Source: Gammaproteobacteria bacterium (GTDB taxonomy: Bacteria; Pseudomonadota; Gammaproteobacteria; G965277405). From it: a DNA stretch of 64,000 bases. Under the pieces are notes generated by a model. The model searched no databases. It had not been told where the DNA came from and saw nothing but the letters and a program-made list of their open reading frames with translations. Location: the NCBI GenBank assembly GCA_965277405.1, contig OZ255726.1:480001-544000 (forward strand), read 5' to 3'. Below, piece after piece: positions 39,911 to 49,781 of this stretch (position 1 is its first letter; every line of letters starts with the position of its first letter). Both the position numbers and the translations under genes were made by a program.

Positions 39911-40993
39911 ATGCCAGCGCAACCAATCTTGCGGTTAAAAAACGTCAGCAAAATTTTCGGAAGTTTCACCGCCATCAATAACGTCAGCCTTGATATTAAT
40001 GAAGGTGAATTCTTTACTATTGTTGGTCCTTCTGGCAGTGGTAAATCAACCCTGATACGTCTGCTTGTCGGGATAGACAGTCTCAGCTCGGGCGAGATTT
40101 GGCTAAGAGACAAACGGATAGATACAACGCCTGCCAACGAACGTCCGACATGTATGGTCTGTCAATCGCTGGCACTGTTTCCGCATATGAGCGTCGGTCA
40201 GAATATAGAGTTTTCACTCAAGATACGTAAGATCAACCCAGCAAAGCGCAAGCAACGAGCTATGGAACTGCTAGATTTGCTGCGGCTTCCACAAAACTAC
40301 TACTGGAAAGGCGTCACCGAATGCTCTGGTGGAGAACGCCAACGCGTAGCTCTTGCACGGGCACTGGCATTTGAACCAGAGATTCTGTTCTTTGACGAAC
40401 CCCTCTCATCACTCGATTATCGCTTGAGAAAAATCCTCGAGAAAGAACTTAAACAACTCCATGCTCGGACAGGAACAACTTTCGTGTACATCACCCATTC
40501 GCTTGAAGAAGCCATGATAATGTCTGACCGCATCGCCATCATGAAACAAGGCGAGTTCGTGCAGATTGCGCTTGCGGATGATATTTATAGCAAACCAGTT
40601 AGCAGGTTCGTTGCCCAATTCATGGGTGAAGTTAATTTGTTTGAAATCCAAGGTTGCAAAACCGGTGGTATTCATGGCAACGGCATCGAATTACCCATGA
40701 ATGACCAAGCCGCTGCGCTAGGTATTACGCTGTGTGCAGGCGAGACCGCCACGCTCATGGTTAGGCCAGAAAGCGTGCGTTTTCTTGCAAGATCCGACGC
40801 TAATTGTTTCACTATACGCGGCAAGTTGCAAGCCGAATATGCGCTTGGGTCAAGGGTCCAATACGAAGTGGAGACAAACTCTGGAGAAATTATTACTGTC
40901 GAAAAGCTGCGTGAACATCGATTTGCAGGCAAACATGGCACTCAAGTAAGCCTTGGATTCGACTTTGAAAATGTCCACGTGATTCGGGGCTAG
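39911..40993 (+). CDS. PotA-like ABC ATP-binding protein
   Basis: GPSGSGKS, QSLALFPHM, SGGERQRVALARAL, DEPLS. Confidence 0.92.
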   Translation: MPAQPILRLKNVSKIFGSFTAINNVSLDINEGEFFTIVGPSGSGKSTLIRLLVGIDSLSSGEIWLRDKRIDTTPANERPTCMVCQSLALFPHMSVGQNIEFSLKIRKINPAKRKQRAMELLDLLRLPQNYYWKGVTECSGGERQRVALARALAFEPEILFFDEPLSSLDYRLRKILEKELKQLHARTGTTFVYITHSLEEAMIMSDRIAIMKQGEFVQIALADDIYSKPVSRFVAQFMGEVNLFEIQGCKTGGIHGNGIELPMNDQAAALGITLCAGETATLMVRPESVRFLARSDANCFTIRGKLQAEYALGSRVQYEVETNSGEIITVEKLREHRFAGKHGTQVSLGFDFENVHVIRG

Positions 40994-40995
40994 TC

Positions 40996-41850
40996 ATGAA
41001 AAAAGCGGAAAACAGACTCGGAATAATATGTGCCATTCCGTTAGTGGTTGTTTTGCTTCTGAGCTTTTTAGCGCCGCTAATAGTTGTCGCTATGTTTTCG
41101 ATAATGCCACAAAAAGTTTTTAGTTTGTTTCATCTGCCAGATTTTTCAGCGTATGCGGTTTTCGTTGATCAGGGGTATTATCGATCGTTGTTTTGGTCTT
41201 TGTTGATGGCATTGGTTGCGACGCTAGTTCTGCTGTTGATTTGTTGGCCGCTGGCCTACGGTATGGCGAAAGTCTTTGGAAAGTTTACGTTTGTGGTGAC
41301 GGTTGCCGTCGTCATGAGTCTTTTCGTTTCAGAAAACATCAGGCTGTTGGGATGGGTGCTAACCTTAATGAAAGGGGGACTGGTTGAAGGCTACTTTAGA
41401 TACTGGACTGGTTTTGGCTACTCAGGCCCACTCTATAATGTAGGAATCATCATATTTGGTCTGGTGTATGTCTACCTGCCTTTCATGTTGTTTCCGCTTG
41501 TCCAGGGCATTGCTATGGTGCCTGATGATGCCAGGCAGGCTGCCGTAGATTTGGGTGCCAGCCGCTGGCAGGTACTGAAAAACATTGATATTCCTCTGGC
41601 AGCGCCAGGGATTGCTGTTGGGTCATTACTAAGTTTTGTGCTGACAGCTGGCGCGGTTGCAGAGTCAAAACTCCTCGGTGGTCAGGCGGTCATCGTTATG
41701 GCGGATGATATCGAGACAGCGTTCACATTTGGGCAGAATTGGCCCCTTGGCGCAGCTCTTTCCATGATTCTGATCTTAATCATTGGCAGCCTTGCTGTCG
41801 TCGGTATCAGGAAAATAGACCTTGACGCCATCTTGGGGAGAAAACAATAA
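40996..41850 (+). CDS. PotB-like ABC permease
   Basis: YVYLPFM, QAAVDLGAS, NWPLGAALS. Confidence 0.9.
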   Translation: MKKAENRLGIICAIPLVVVLLLSFLAPLIVVAMFSIMPQKVFSLFHLPDFSAYAVFVDQGYYRSLFWSLLMALVATLVLLLICWPLAYGMAKVFGKFTFVVTVAVVMSLFVSENIRLLGWVLTLMKGGLVEGYFRYWTGFGYSGPLYNVGIIIFGLVYVYLPFMLFPLVQGIAMVPDDARQAAVDLGASRWQVLKNIDIPLAAPGIAVGSLLSFVLTAGAVAESKLLGGQAVIVMADDIETAFTFGQNWPLGAALSMILILIIGSLAVVGIRKIDLDAILGRKQ

Positions 41851-42665
41851 TGCAACACAGCAAAACAACCAAAATCGTTCTGCTAAGCTACGGGTTGTTG
41901 ATTATTTTTTTTCTCTACCTGCCGCTTTTTTCTGTTGGGTTCGCATCGATCTCAAATACGCGCTACCTCACCTTCCCAATCAAAGAATACTCAACCGCAT
42001 GGTACACAAATGCGTTACAGAGCGGCACAGTTCGCGAGCTTATCTATACGTCGTTTATAATCGCAATAATTGTGACAATTGTCTCAGTAGTTGTCGCTTT
42101 TTTTGGCGCGCTCGCATTCGCTCGATATCAATGGCGGTTGCGCGGCGCATTCCAGAAATTCATCTTGCTGCCGATATTCTTTCCCCAAACAGTTTTAGGT
42201 TTGGCGTTGCTTATTTGGTTCAACTCAGTTGGCATAATCCCAAGCTGGAAAACAGCGGTGGTTGCCCACCTTGTTTGGATCGCGCCGATCGCAACACTTA
42301 TTGTAGCGATCAGAGCTTATAGCTTTGACCCTGCCCTAGAAGAAGCAGCCTGTGACATGGGTGCTTCCACTATAACCATCATGAAAGAGATAACACTGCC
42401 ACTGTTGATGCCAGGGCTTGTTGCAGCTGGGTTGTTTGCGTTTCTGTTGAGTTGGGGAAACTTTCCCCTTTCTCTATTCACCACAGGTGCCGATTCGACC
42501 TTGCCCGAATGGCTGTATGCAAAAATGGTATCGGGTTATTCCCCGCTTATTCCAACGCTTGGGGTCATGTCCGTATGCGGGTCATTCCTGTTATTACTCG
42601 TAGCTTGCGCTTTACATTGGCTATTTAAGTCAATCAAAACTAGCCGAGCGAAAAAAAATAGCTGA
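41850..42665 (+). CDS. PotC-like ABC permease
   Basis: FLYLP, LEEAACDMGA, ITLPLLMPG, TLP. Confidence 0.9.
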   Translation: MQHSKTTKIVLLSYGLLIIFFLYLPLFSVGFASISNTRYLTFPIKEYSTAWYTNALQSGTVRELIYTSFIIAIIVTIVSVVVAFFGALAFARYQWRLRGAFQKFILLPIFFPQTVLGLALLIWFNSVGIIPSWKTAVVAHLVWIAPIATLIVAIRAYSFDPALEEAACDMGASTITIMKEITLPLLMPGLVAAGLFAFLLSWGNFPLSLFTTGADSTLPEWLYAKMVSGYSPLIPTLGVMSVCGSFLLLLVACALHWLFKSIKTSRAKKNS

Positions 42666-42683
42666 CAAAAATAGGAGAATACA

Positions 42684-43463
42684 ATGCTTACATCACTGAA
42701 GAATACCAGCGTCATTGTAACTGGCGGTGCAAAAGGTATCGGGCGCGGCATCGCGTCGGTTTTTGCCAAGCAAGGGGCGCAGGTGACGCTGGCTGCGCGC
42801 GGCGAAGAATCGCTCGAGCAGACAACAGCCGCACTCAATGCCATCGGCGGCAAGGTGAGGTATGTTGTCTGCGATGTGTCTGATTGGCAGAGTGTGAAAG
42901 CTGCCTTTGCTGACACCGCAGCAGCACAAGGAGAATTAAATATTGTCTGTGCCAACGCTGGGGTTTATCCGCAAACAAAAATCATCGATATGAACCCGCA
43001 AGAATGGGACAGCGTCATGGCTACCAATCTGAGGTCAGCATTTCTTTGCGTGAAAGCAGCTATTCCATATTTTGAAAAAGTTGGCAAAGGACGCGTTGTC
43101 CTTACTTCTTCAATTACTGGACCGATTACAGGTTATCCAGGATGGTCACACTATGGCGCGTCCAAAGCTGGTCAGCTCGGGTTTCTCAAGACAGCTGCGC
43201 TCGAGTTAGCTCGTTACAATACCACCATAAATGCTGTCATGCCTGGCAACATCTATACAGAGGGTCTGCAAGATTTGGGTGAGGATTATCTCGCTGGTAT
43301 GGCAGCATCTATCCCTCTTAAGCTCTTAGGGGATGTTGCAGATATCGGCAACGCTGCTTTGTTCTTTGCCTCTGATGAAGCAGGATACATCACCGGCCAA
43401 CAAATTATCGTTGATGGTGGGCAGACTATCCCAGAGTCCCTTGCAGCCATCAACGAGGTTTAA
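42684..43463 (+). CDS. Short-chain dehydrogenase, probable amino-alcohol (aminopropanol) dehydrogenase
   Basis: TGGAKGIG, ANAG, SSITGPITGYPGWSHYGASK; BMC context. Confidence 0.8.
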   Translation: MLTSLKNTSVIVTGGAKGIGRGIASVFAKQGAQVTLAARGEESLEQTTAALNAIGGKVRYVVCDVSDWQSVKAAFADTAAAQGELNIVCANAGVYPQTKIIDMNPQEWDSVMATNLRSAFLCVKAAIPYFEKVGKGRVVLTSSITGPITGYPGWSHYGASKAGQLGFLKTAALELARYNTTINAVMPGNIYTEGLQDLGEDYLAGMAASIPLKLLGDVADIGNAALFFASDEAGYITGQQIIVDGGQTIPESLAAINEV

Positions 43464-43479
43464 AAAAATTGTGGTTATT

Positions 43480-44484
43480 ATGGCTGAATCCGCACAACCG
43501 CTGCAACAGACGCTAAAGCGTATTCAGTGTCTTGTCGACAAATCGCTGGGTTTTTGGGACATCCCCGCGGGAGCAAAGGCCAGACTAATAAATGTGTCTG
43601 AAAACGCGACATTTTTGGTTGAAGCAGCTGGTGGTTATCGGTCAGTGCTGCGCGTCCACCGCGATAACTATCACTCCGAACGCGCGATTGAGTGTGAGCT
43701 GCAGTGGACTAAGGCGCTCAACACCAACGGCGGGGTTATCAGTCCAGATGTGTATGTCGGCCGCAACGGTAAAGCCATTCAATCGGCAACGATAGCAGGT
43801 TTAACTGGACCGCGTTTTATGGTTCTCTTTCATTTTGTCGCAGGTATGAACCCGGGTGAAGACGGTGATTTGGTCAGCGCCTTTGCGGAGTTAGGCGAGA
43901 TTGCAGCGCGCACCCACTTACATTCAATCCAGTGGACGAAGCCTGCCTTATTTGAACGACTGACTTGGGATGCAGATGCTATATTTGGAGCAAATGCTAT
44001 CTGGGGCAACTGGCGAGATGGTCCGCAAGTTGATCGGCACATTAAGAATACGCTCGATGTGGTAGAAACAGTCGTCTGCAATCGATTGGCTGCTTTTGGC
44101 AAAGGCGAGAACGATTTTGGACTGATTCATGCTGACATGCGTCTTGCAAACTTGCTTGTTGACGGTAACCGCACCAGGTTGATCGACTTTGATGACTGTG
44201 GTTTTGGCTGGTTTCTCTACGATTTTGCGACTGGGATTAGTTTTATGGAAGACGACACCCGTGTCCCCGAGCTAAAACACGCATGGGTAACAGGCTATCG
44301 TAAGCAACGGGGGTTGACGTTGGCAGCCGAAGCTGAAATTGAGACATTCATTATGCTGCGTCGTTTGGCGCTCTTAGCTTGGATCGGCAGTCACCTTGAG
44401 GCACCAGAGCCACAGGCCTTGGCACCTAGATTTGCCCAAATAACAGCGGATCTTGGTAGAAAATACCTCTCAAAATGCAAATAA
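43480..44484 (+). CDS. APH-like phosphotransferase, probable aminopropanol kinase
   Basis: SENAT, IHADMRLANLL, IDFDD; BMC context. Confidence 0.8.
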   Translation: MAESAQPLQQTLKRIQCLVDKSLGFWDIPAGAKARLINVSENATFLVEAAGGYRSVLRVHRDNYHSERAIECELQWTKALNTNGGVISPDVYVGRNGKAIQSATIAGLTGPRFMVLFHFVAGMNPGEDGDLVSAFAELGEIAARTHLHSIQWTKPALFERLTWDADAIFGANAIWGNWRDGPQVDRHIKNTLDVVETVVCNRLAAFGKGENDFGLIHADMRLANLLVDGNRTRLIDFDDCGFGWFLYDFATGISFMEDDTRVPELKHAWVTGYRKQRGLTLAAEAEIETFIMLRRLALLAWIGSHLEAPEPQALAPRFAQITADLGRKYLSKCK

Positions 44485-44590
44485 ATGCGAAGAATATGTC
44501 AACTGCTAGCTGCAGCATGTCAAGCAAGGCGGAGCAAAAGTCTACATTATCAAAACTACGCGTAGCAATGATGATCAATGAGGGTGGTGA

Positions 44591-45862
44591 ATGAGCCAAG
44601 CAAAAGAAGAGTTTCTAGAGAGGTCTAAGTCATTCTGGAATCCAGGTAAAACCCAAGATTGGATCAATATGGGTGTCGATCTGGTGATTGATCGGCGTGA
44701 AGGTTATTACTTGTACGATATGGATGGTCGCCGCTTACTCGACCTCCATCTGAATGGCGGCACTTATAATTTAGGGCATCGTCACCCAGAACTTATTGAA
44801 GTGCTAAAAGCTGGCACAGAACGCTTCGACATGGGTAATCATCACTTTCCCGCTTTGGCGAGAACAGCTCTTGCAGAAGTGTTGCAAGCATGTGCGCCTG
44901 CGGCTGATATGAAATACACAACCTACGGGTCAGGTGGTGGTGAGGCGATTGATATTGCGATCAAAACTGCGCGGCATGCTGCGCAGAAAAAAAAGATTGT
45001 CTCAATCATCAAAGCCTACCACGGTCACACTGGTCTTGCGCTTAAGACTGGTGATGATCGGTTTTCGAAGCTGTTTCTTTCAGAAGACACTCAAGACGAG
45101 TTCATCCAAGTCGCGTTTAATGACCTAAACGCGATGGAAGATGCGCTGCGGAAAAAAGACGTGGCGGCGGTGATTATGGAGACTATCCCTGCCACATACG
45201 GTTTTCCAATGCCTGATGTTGGTTATTTAGCAGGCGTAAAAGCGCTGTGTGAAAAGTACGACGCATTGTATATCGCTGATGAAGTGCAAACAGGTCTGAT
45301 GCGCACTGGTTCGATGTGGGGCTGCAGCAAATACGGTGTTGAACCAGACATTATGGTCACGGGCAAAGGGATATCAGGCGGGATGTACCCAATCGCGTGT
45401 GTGCTTATTTCTGAAAAATGTGGTGGGTGGCTCAAGGAAGATGGCTTCGGTCATATTTCCACGATGGGTGGAGCAGAGCTTGGCTGTATTGTCGCAATGA
45501 AAACTATTGAGATTGTCCAACGTCCAGAAGTTGGGTCAATGGTTCAGTTCATTGGTGATTATTTGCGAGCTGGGCTGGACGAAATCAGGGTTGCATTCGC
45601 TGACTTCTTTGTTGGCATTAGGCAGCATGGTCTCATCATGGGGCTCGAGTTTAACCATGCACAAGGCGCCAAGCCTGTTATGAGAAATCTCTATGAAAAC
45701 GGCGTCTGGGCAATTTTCTCGACACTTGACCCAAGCGTGCTCCAGTTCAAACCTGGGCTGTTGCTCAATCAACGCGACGCTGAAGAAGTGCTGCGGCGTG
45801 TCGCCATCGCTGTTGAACTTGCCCGTGATGAGGTGATGGGCAACAGACGGCGAGGATGCTGA
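44591..45862 (+). CDS. Class III aminotransferase-fold PLP enzyme, probable phospho-lyase
   Basis: YHGH, ADEVQTG, PLP lysine in TGKGISGG; BMC context. Confidence 0.8.
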   Translation: MSQAKEEFLERSKSFWNPGKTQDWINMGVDLVIDRREGYYLYDMDGRRLLDLHLNGGTYNLGHRHPELIEVLKAGTERFDMGNHHFPALARTALAEVLQACAPAADMKYTTYGSGGGEAIDIAIKTARHAAQKKKIVSIIKAYHGHTGLALKTGDDRFSKLFLSEDTQDEFIQVAFNDLNAMEDALRKKDVAAVIMETIPATYGFPMPDVGYLAGVKALCEKYDALYIADEVQTGLMRTGSMWGCSKYGVEPDIMVTGKGISGGMYPIACVLISEKCGGWLKEDGFGHISTMGGAELGCIVAMKTIEIVQRPEVGSMVQFIGDYLRAGLDEIRVAFADFFVGIRQHGLIMGLEFNHAQGAKPVMRNLYENGVWAIFSTLDPSVLQFKPGLLLNQRDAEEVLRRVAIAVELARDEVMGNRRRGC

Positions 45863-47439
45863 TGGAACAAAATATTTATAACTCGCTGATTGATATTTCA
45901 GCAACTCCCGCTGCGCGGACTGGCAAAGCAACCATAATGTTGGAGCGCGCGCGGTGGGCAGCCGCCATATTTGATCGATATGATTATCCTGCGACTATGC
46001 GGATTGTGCAAGCTGTGGCTGCAGCTGCGCACGCTATGGCAGGTGAATGTGCTGAGCGTGCAGTTAGAGAAACTGGGTTTGGGGTAGCCAAGCATAAGAA
46101 GCTGAAAAACGAGATGACAGCACACCCACTAGTTGACTATTACCAGGATCAAGACTTTGTCAATCCTCGGGTGGATGAGGCGCGCAAGATCGTTGAAATA
46201 CCAAGGCCTGCAGGGGTTGTTTTTGCGCTGACCCCGTCAACCAACCCGATTGCAACGTTGAACTACAAAATAATTTTGTCGATGATGACCCGCAACGCGA
46301 TTGTTTTTTCGCCGCATCCTGCTGCGTGGGAATGTTCAGTCGACGCTGCTCATCGGCTCGCTGCAGCCGCGGTAGCAGCTGGTGCGCCGGATGGAGTCAT
46401 TCAAATTCTAGCAATGCCGACTATCCCAATGGTCGAAGCATGTATGACATCACCTATAACAAACGTTATTTTGGCAACTGGCGGGATACCCATGGTGCGA
46501 TCGGCGTACTCGTCATCCAATCCAGCAATTGGCGTTGGTCCTGGCAACGCGCCGGTATTCGTCGATAGCACGGCTGACCTCAACCAAGCGGCACAGCGAA
46601 TTGTAGAGTCTAAGTCTTTTGACAACTCGGTGTTGTGTACCAATGAAAGCGTATTGATTACCTTGCCGGACATTGAAAACCAGCTCAAATCAGCCTTAAA
46701 ATCAGCAAGTGCATATATTTGTTCCGCAGCAGAAGTTGACTTGATACGCAACTTCCTGTTCCATTCAATGGGGTTCAATATTGCAGCAATCGGTCGCGAT
46801 GCTACTTGGATTGCCCATGAGTGCGGTATTCGGGTTCCCAAAAAAACCAAAATTCTCGTTGCTCCAATTACCAAAATTGGGGTGGAAGAGAGTCTTGCAA
46901 AAGAAAAGCTTTGTCCCGTACTTGCAATGTATGTCGCCAAGAACCGCGCACAAGCAACGCAGCAGGCGCGGGCAATTTTACGGCTGACAGGGGCTGGCCA
47001 TTCAGCTGCAATTCATGCAAGCGATGAAAATCTTATCATGGAATTTGCCGCTCAAATTGAAGCGTATCGGGTGGTCGTAAACGCGCCGTGTTCTCAAGGT
47101 GCGGCCGGTTTTGGCACTGGACTTGCCCCCACATTTACAATTGGTACTGGCTTCTTCGGACGCTCATCAATTGGTGAGAATGTCGGTCCTCAACATTTAG
47201 TGCATTGGACTAGAATTGCCTACAATGAAAGCAAAAATGTGCCATTTGGCAGTTTTCATGGAAAAAGCCGTGGGTTTAAGGGAGCGCTTGAGTCTGCGCC
47301 TGCAGACGGCATTCCTGCAACACCACGCAGCTGCGCAACTGCTGCAGATACGTCCGCGTATTCCTCGATGGACACGGTTAGCAAAAGCGAACTGCGCCGC
47401 ATCATTGTGGAAGAACTTCGTGACATCATAAAAAAATAA
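45856..47439 (+). CDS. CoA-acylating aldehyde dehydrogenase (metabolosome type) with C-terminal encapsulation-peptide-like helix
   Basis: PSTNP, ATGG, GVGPGN, SKSFDNSVLCTNE, EKLCP, GHSAAIH; tail SELRRIIVEELRDII. Confidence 0.9.
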   Translation: MLMEQNIYNSLIDISATPAARTGKATIMLERARWAAAIFDRYDYPATMRIVQAVAAAAHAMAGECAERAVRETGFGVAKHKKLKNEMTAHPLVDYYQDQDFVNPRVDEARKIVEIPRPAGVVFALTPSTNPIATLNYKIILSMMTRNAIVFSPHPAAWECSVDAAHRLAAAAVAAGAPDGVIQILAMPTIPMVEACMTSPITNVILATGGIPMVRSAYSSSNPAIGVGPGNAPVFVDSTADLNQAAQRIVESKSFDNSVLCTNESVLITLPDIENQLKSALKSASAYICSAAEVDLIRNFLFHSMGFNIAAIGRDATWIAHECGIRVPKKTKILVAPITKIGVEESLAKEKLCPVLAMYVAKNRAQATQQARAILRLTGAGHSAAIHASDENLIMEFAAQIEAYRVVVNAPCSQGAAGFGTGLAPTFTIGTGFFGRSSIGENVGPQHLVHWTRIAYNESKNVPFGSFHGKSRGFKGALESAPADGIPATPRSCATAADTSAYSSMDTVSKSELRRIIVEELRDIIKK

Positions 47440-47441
47440 TC

Positions 47442-48053
47442 ATGGCAGAGCTCCGATCCTTCATTTTTATCGACCAATTACAGCCGCAAACTTTGGCGTA
47501 TCTGGCAACGTGGATGCGTGGTAGCCTGCCCCGCGCCAGAATGTCAGCGCAAATCATCGAAATCGCTCCAGGGCTCGATATCGAAGTGCTAACTGATGTG
47601 GCGCTGAAAAGTGCAGCCGTGCAAGCCGGTATGCTGGTAGTGGAGCGCCAATTTGGAACACTTGAATTTCATGCAAAGTCCACGGCGGCAGTTCAAGCCG
47701 CAGCGCAAGCCGTTCTTGACGCCTTTGGTGCACGCCGGCAAGACGCAGCTCCAGCTAAAATTTTGGCTTCGAAAATTATCACCCGCATCGACCATCAGCA
47801 TGCGTTTTTGATAAATAGAAATCGCATGGGGTCGATGATACTCGGTGGAGAAAGCCTATATCTGCTAGAGTGTCAGCCAGCATCGTATGCAATGCTCGCC
47901 TGCAACGAAGCTGAAAAAGCAGCCAATATCAAATTGATTGACTCGCGCATGATTGGCGCGAACGGTCGACTGTATTTGGCGGGTGATGAAGCAGAAGTTC
48001 GCACGGCAAGAAACGCAGCCGAAGCAGCCCTTAGAGTTGTAGGCGCCGCATAG
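47442..48053 (+). CDS. BMC-T shell protein (tandem permuted BMC domains)
   Basis: ELRSFIFIDQLQPQ, VERQFGTLE, GRLYLAG; ~200 aa. Confidence 0.9.
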   Translation: MAELRSFIFIDQLQPQTLAYLATWMRGSLPRARMSAQIIEIAPGLDIEVLTDVALKSAAVQAGMLVVERQFGTLEFHAKSTAAVQAAAQAVLDAFGARRQDAAPAKILASKIITRIDHQHAFLINRNRMGSMILGGESLYLLECQPASYAMLACNEAEKAANIKLIDSRMIGANGRLYLAGDEAEVRTARNAAEAALRVVGAA

Positions 48054-48493
48054 TGTCAGACCTAACAGCCGTCATCCGCGCAATCATTGCCGAAGAATTG
48101 CGTAACCTCCGCGCTGGCAGTTCAGCGCCAACCACACCGCCAACAGAAGAGGTTGTGTCGATCACCTCGAGCGCAGATTTGAACGCGTTTGCTCGTCGCG
48201 TATTGGAGATGGAACAGGACGGACGCTTACGCAGCGAGGTGATGTCTGGGGACTACGTTTTTACACTTTCATTGAATGGAGCACGTCCGCTCCAAGCACA
48301 TGTTCCGTTAGCTCCAGTTGCGTTACCGCCTGCAGTTGTCAAATTTACCAAGAGGCTAATTTCTGAACGCGACTTAACCGGGATACCAAACGGAACAAAA
48401 AAACTAATGATTAGCAAACAAGTCCGCTTTACCCCATTGGCACGGGATGAAATTAGCAGACGAGGAATACAAATCGAAAGGTCAGCAACATGA
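48053..48493 (+). CDS. BMC-associated hypothetical protein
   Basis: N-terminal amphipathic helix LTAVIRAIIAEELRNL; C-terminal TPLARD motif seen in BMC accessory proteins. Confidence 0.7.
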   Translation: MSDLTAVIRAIIAEELRNLRAGSSAPTTPPTEEVVSITSSADLNAFARRVLEMEQDGRLRSEVMSGDYVFTLSLNGARPLQAHVPLAPVALPPAVVKFTKRLISERDLTGIPNGTKKLMISKQVRFTPLARDEISRRGIQIERSAT

Positions 48494-48726
48494 TTCGTGG
48501 CAAAGTTATAGGACAAGTTTGGTCCTCAAAACGGATAGCAACCGTTCCCAATGGCGCACTCGTTGAAGTGGAGACCTATGACAGCAAAATAATCGCACTC
48601 GACCCGCTGGGTTGTGCGCTGGGTGAAGAAGTTTTGATCACAACAGGGTCTGTTGCGGCGAGCTATTTCACAACAGCAAAAGCACCAATAGATGCCCTGA
48701 TTATCGGCTCAATTGATGAAACATAA
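48490..48726 (+). CDS. BMC-P vertex protein (EutN/CcmL family)
   Basis: GKVIGQVWS, ALDPLG, GEEVLI, GS, IDALIIGSID. Confidence 0.92.
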   Translation: MIRGKVIGQVWSSKRIATVPNGALVEVETYDSKIIALDPLGCALGEEVLITTGSVAASYFTTAKAPIDALIIGSIDET

Positions 48727-48772
48727 TTGGGCATGTCGCCTATCCAATCTTTAATTTAAAAGGAGAACAAAA

Positions 48773-49057
48773 GTGTCAAATCAAGCAATCGGAATGATCG
48801 AAACTCGCGGGTATGTCGCGGCAATGACAGCGGCTGATGCCATGGTCAAAGCTGCTAATGTTGAAATTGTTGCGCGCAATGAAGTCGGAGGCGGTCTCGT
48901 ATCAGTCGTCGTCAAAGGTGACGTTGGCGCAGTAAAAGCAGCAACTGAGGCAGGGTCAGAAGCTGCCAACAACATTGGTGAAGTGGTATCAGTGCACGTG
49001 ATCCCACGTCCACATGCTGATCTAGGTAAACACTTTGAAGCTGCGAAACTCAAGTAA
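48773..49057 (+). CDS. BMC-H hexamer shell protein
   Basis: [36 protein letters not shown]; strong RBS AAGGAG. Confidence 0.97.
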   Translation: MSNQAIGMIETRGYVAAMTAADAMVKAANVEIVARNEVGGGLVSVVVKGDVGAVKAATEAGSEAANNIGEVVSVHVIPRPHADLGKHFEAAKLK

Positions 49058-49089
49058 GATAGCAGCATCCGTACGCGAAGAGCAAACAT

Positions 49090-49719
49090 ATGACCGAACT
49101 TAGGGTTTATCTGCCCATTCATGACCTGCAGCCACAATTTGCCGCCTATCTTGCCACACCTACGCGCGCACGCGGATACCCACCTTTTGCCGGACAGCAC
49201 AGTCTCATCATTGAAGTAGCACCGGCGCTAGCTATTCATAGAATTGCCGATTTGGCGCTCAAGGAATCGCCAGATATCCAGCCAGGAATTCTATTCACTG
49301 AGCGACAATTTGGTCTGTTAGAACTTCATTCAGACAATATGGACGATTTGGATAAGGTCGGAAAAGCCATCTTGCGGGGGATTGGGGCGCAGCCAACAGA
49401 CCAATTACTGCCGAAAATTCTGTTCCATGACATCATTGAAGATCTTGCGGATCAGCATGCAATCATTCTCAATAGGTCTAGGGATGCGTCTATCCTAGTT
49501 CCGGGCGTGTCTTTGCTGATCTATGAAATGGCCCCTGCCCTGTTTGCATGCGTAGCGAGCAATGAAGCGGAACGAGCAGCACCGCACGCAACCATCAACG
49601 ATGTGCAAATGATGGGGGCGACGGGGCGTATTTTCATGTCTGGCTCTACAGCAGAGATGGAGCAAGCTCGCGATGCAATCAACAAAACATTGCAAACAGT
49701 CACAGGTCGCTCGGACTAG
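49090..49719 (+). CDS. Second BMC-T shell protein
   Basis: ELRVYL..DLQPQ, ERQFGLLELHS, NEAE, GATGRIFMSG; paralog of 47442. Confidence 0.9.
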   Translation: MTELRVYLPIHDLQPQFAAYLATPTRARGYPPFAGQHSLIIEVAPALAIHRIADLALKESPDIQPGILFTERQFGLLELHSDNMDDLDKVGKAILRGIGAQPTDQLLPKILFHDIIEDLADQHAIILNRSRDASILVPGVSLLIYEMAPALFACVASNEAERAAPHATINDVQMMGATGRIFMSGSTAEMEQARDAINKTLQTVTGRSD

Positions 49720-49781
49720 GTTTGTTGGCTCTTGCCAGCAATCAACCAAGTAAGGTTGGCTGGTATTGCTTGATTATCTAA

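Noticed and set aside
42684-43463. Calling the SDR fabG
   Set aside because: No fatty-acid synthesis context; BMC neighbourhood and GPITGYPGWSHY segment favour an amino-alcohol dehydrogenase
45856-49719. Classifying the BMC as Eut, Pdu, GRM or carboxysome
   Set aside because: No ethanolamine ammonia-lyase, diol dehydratase, glycyl-radical enzyme or RuBisCO in the locus
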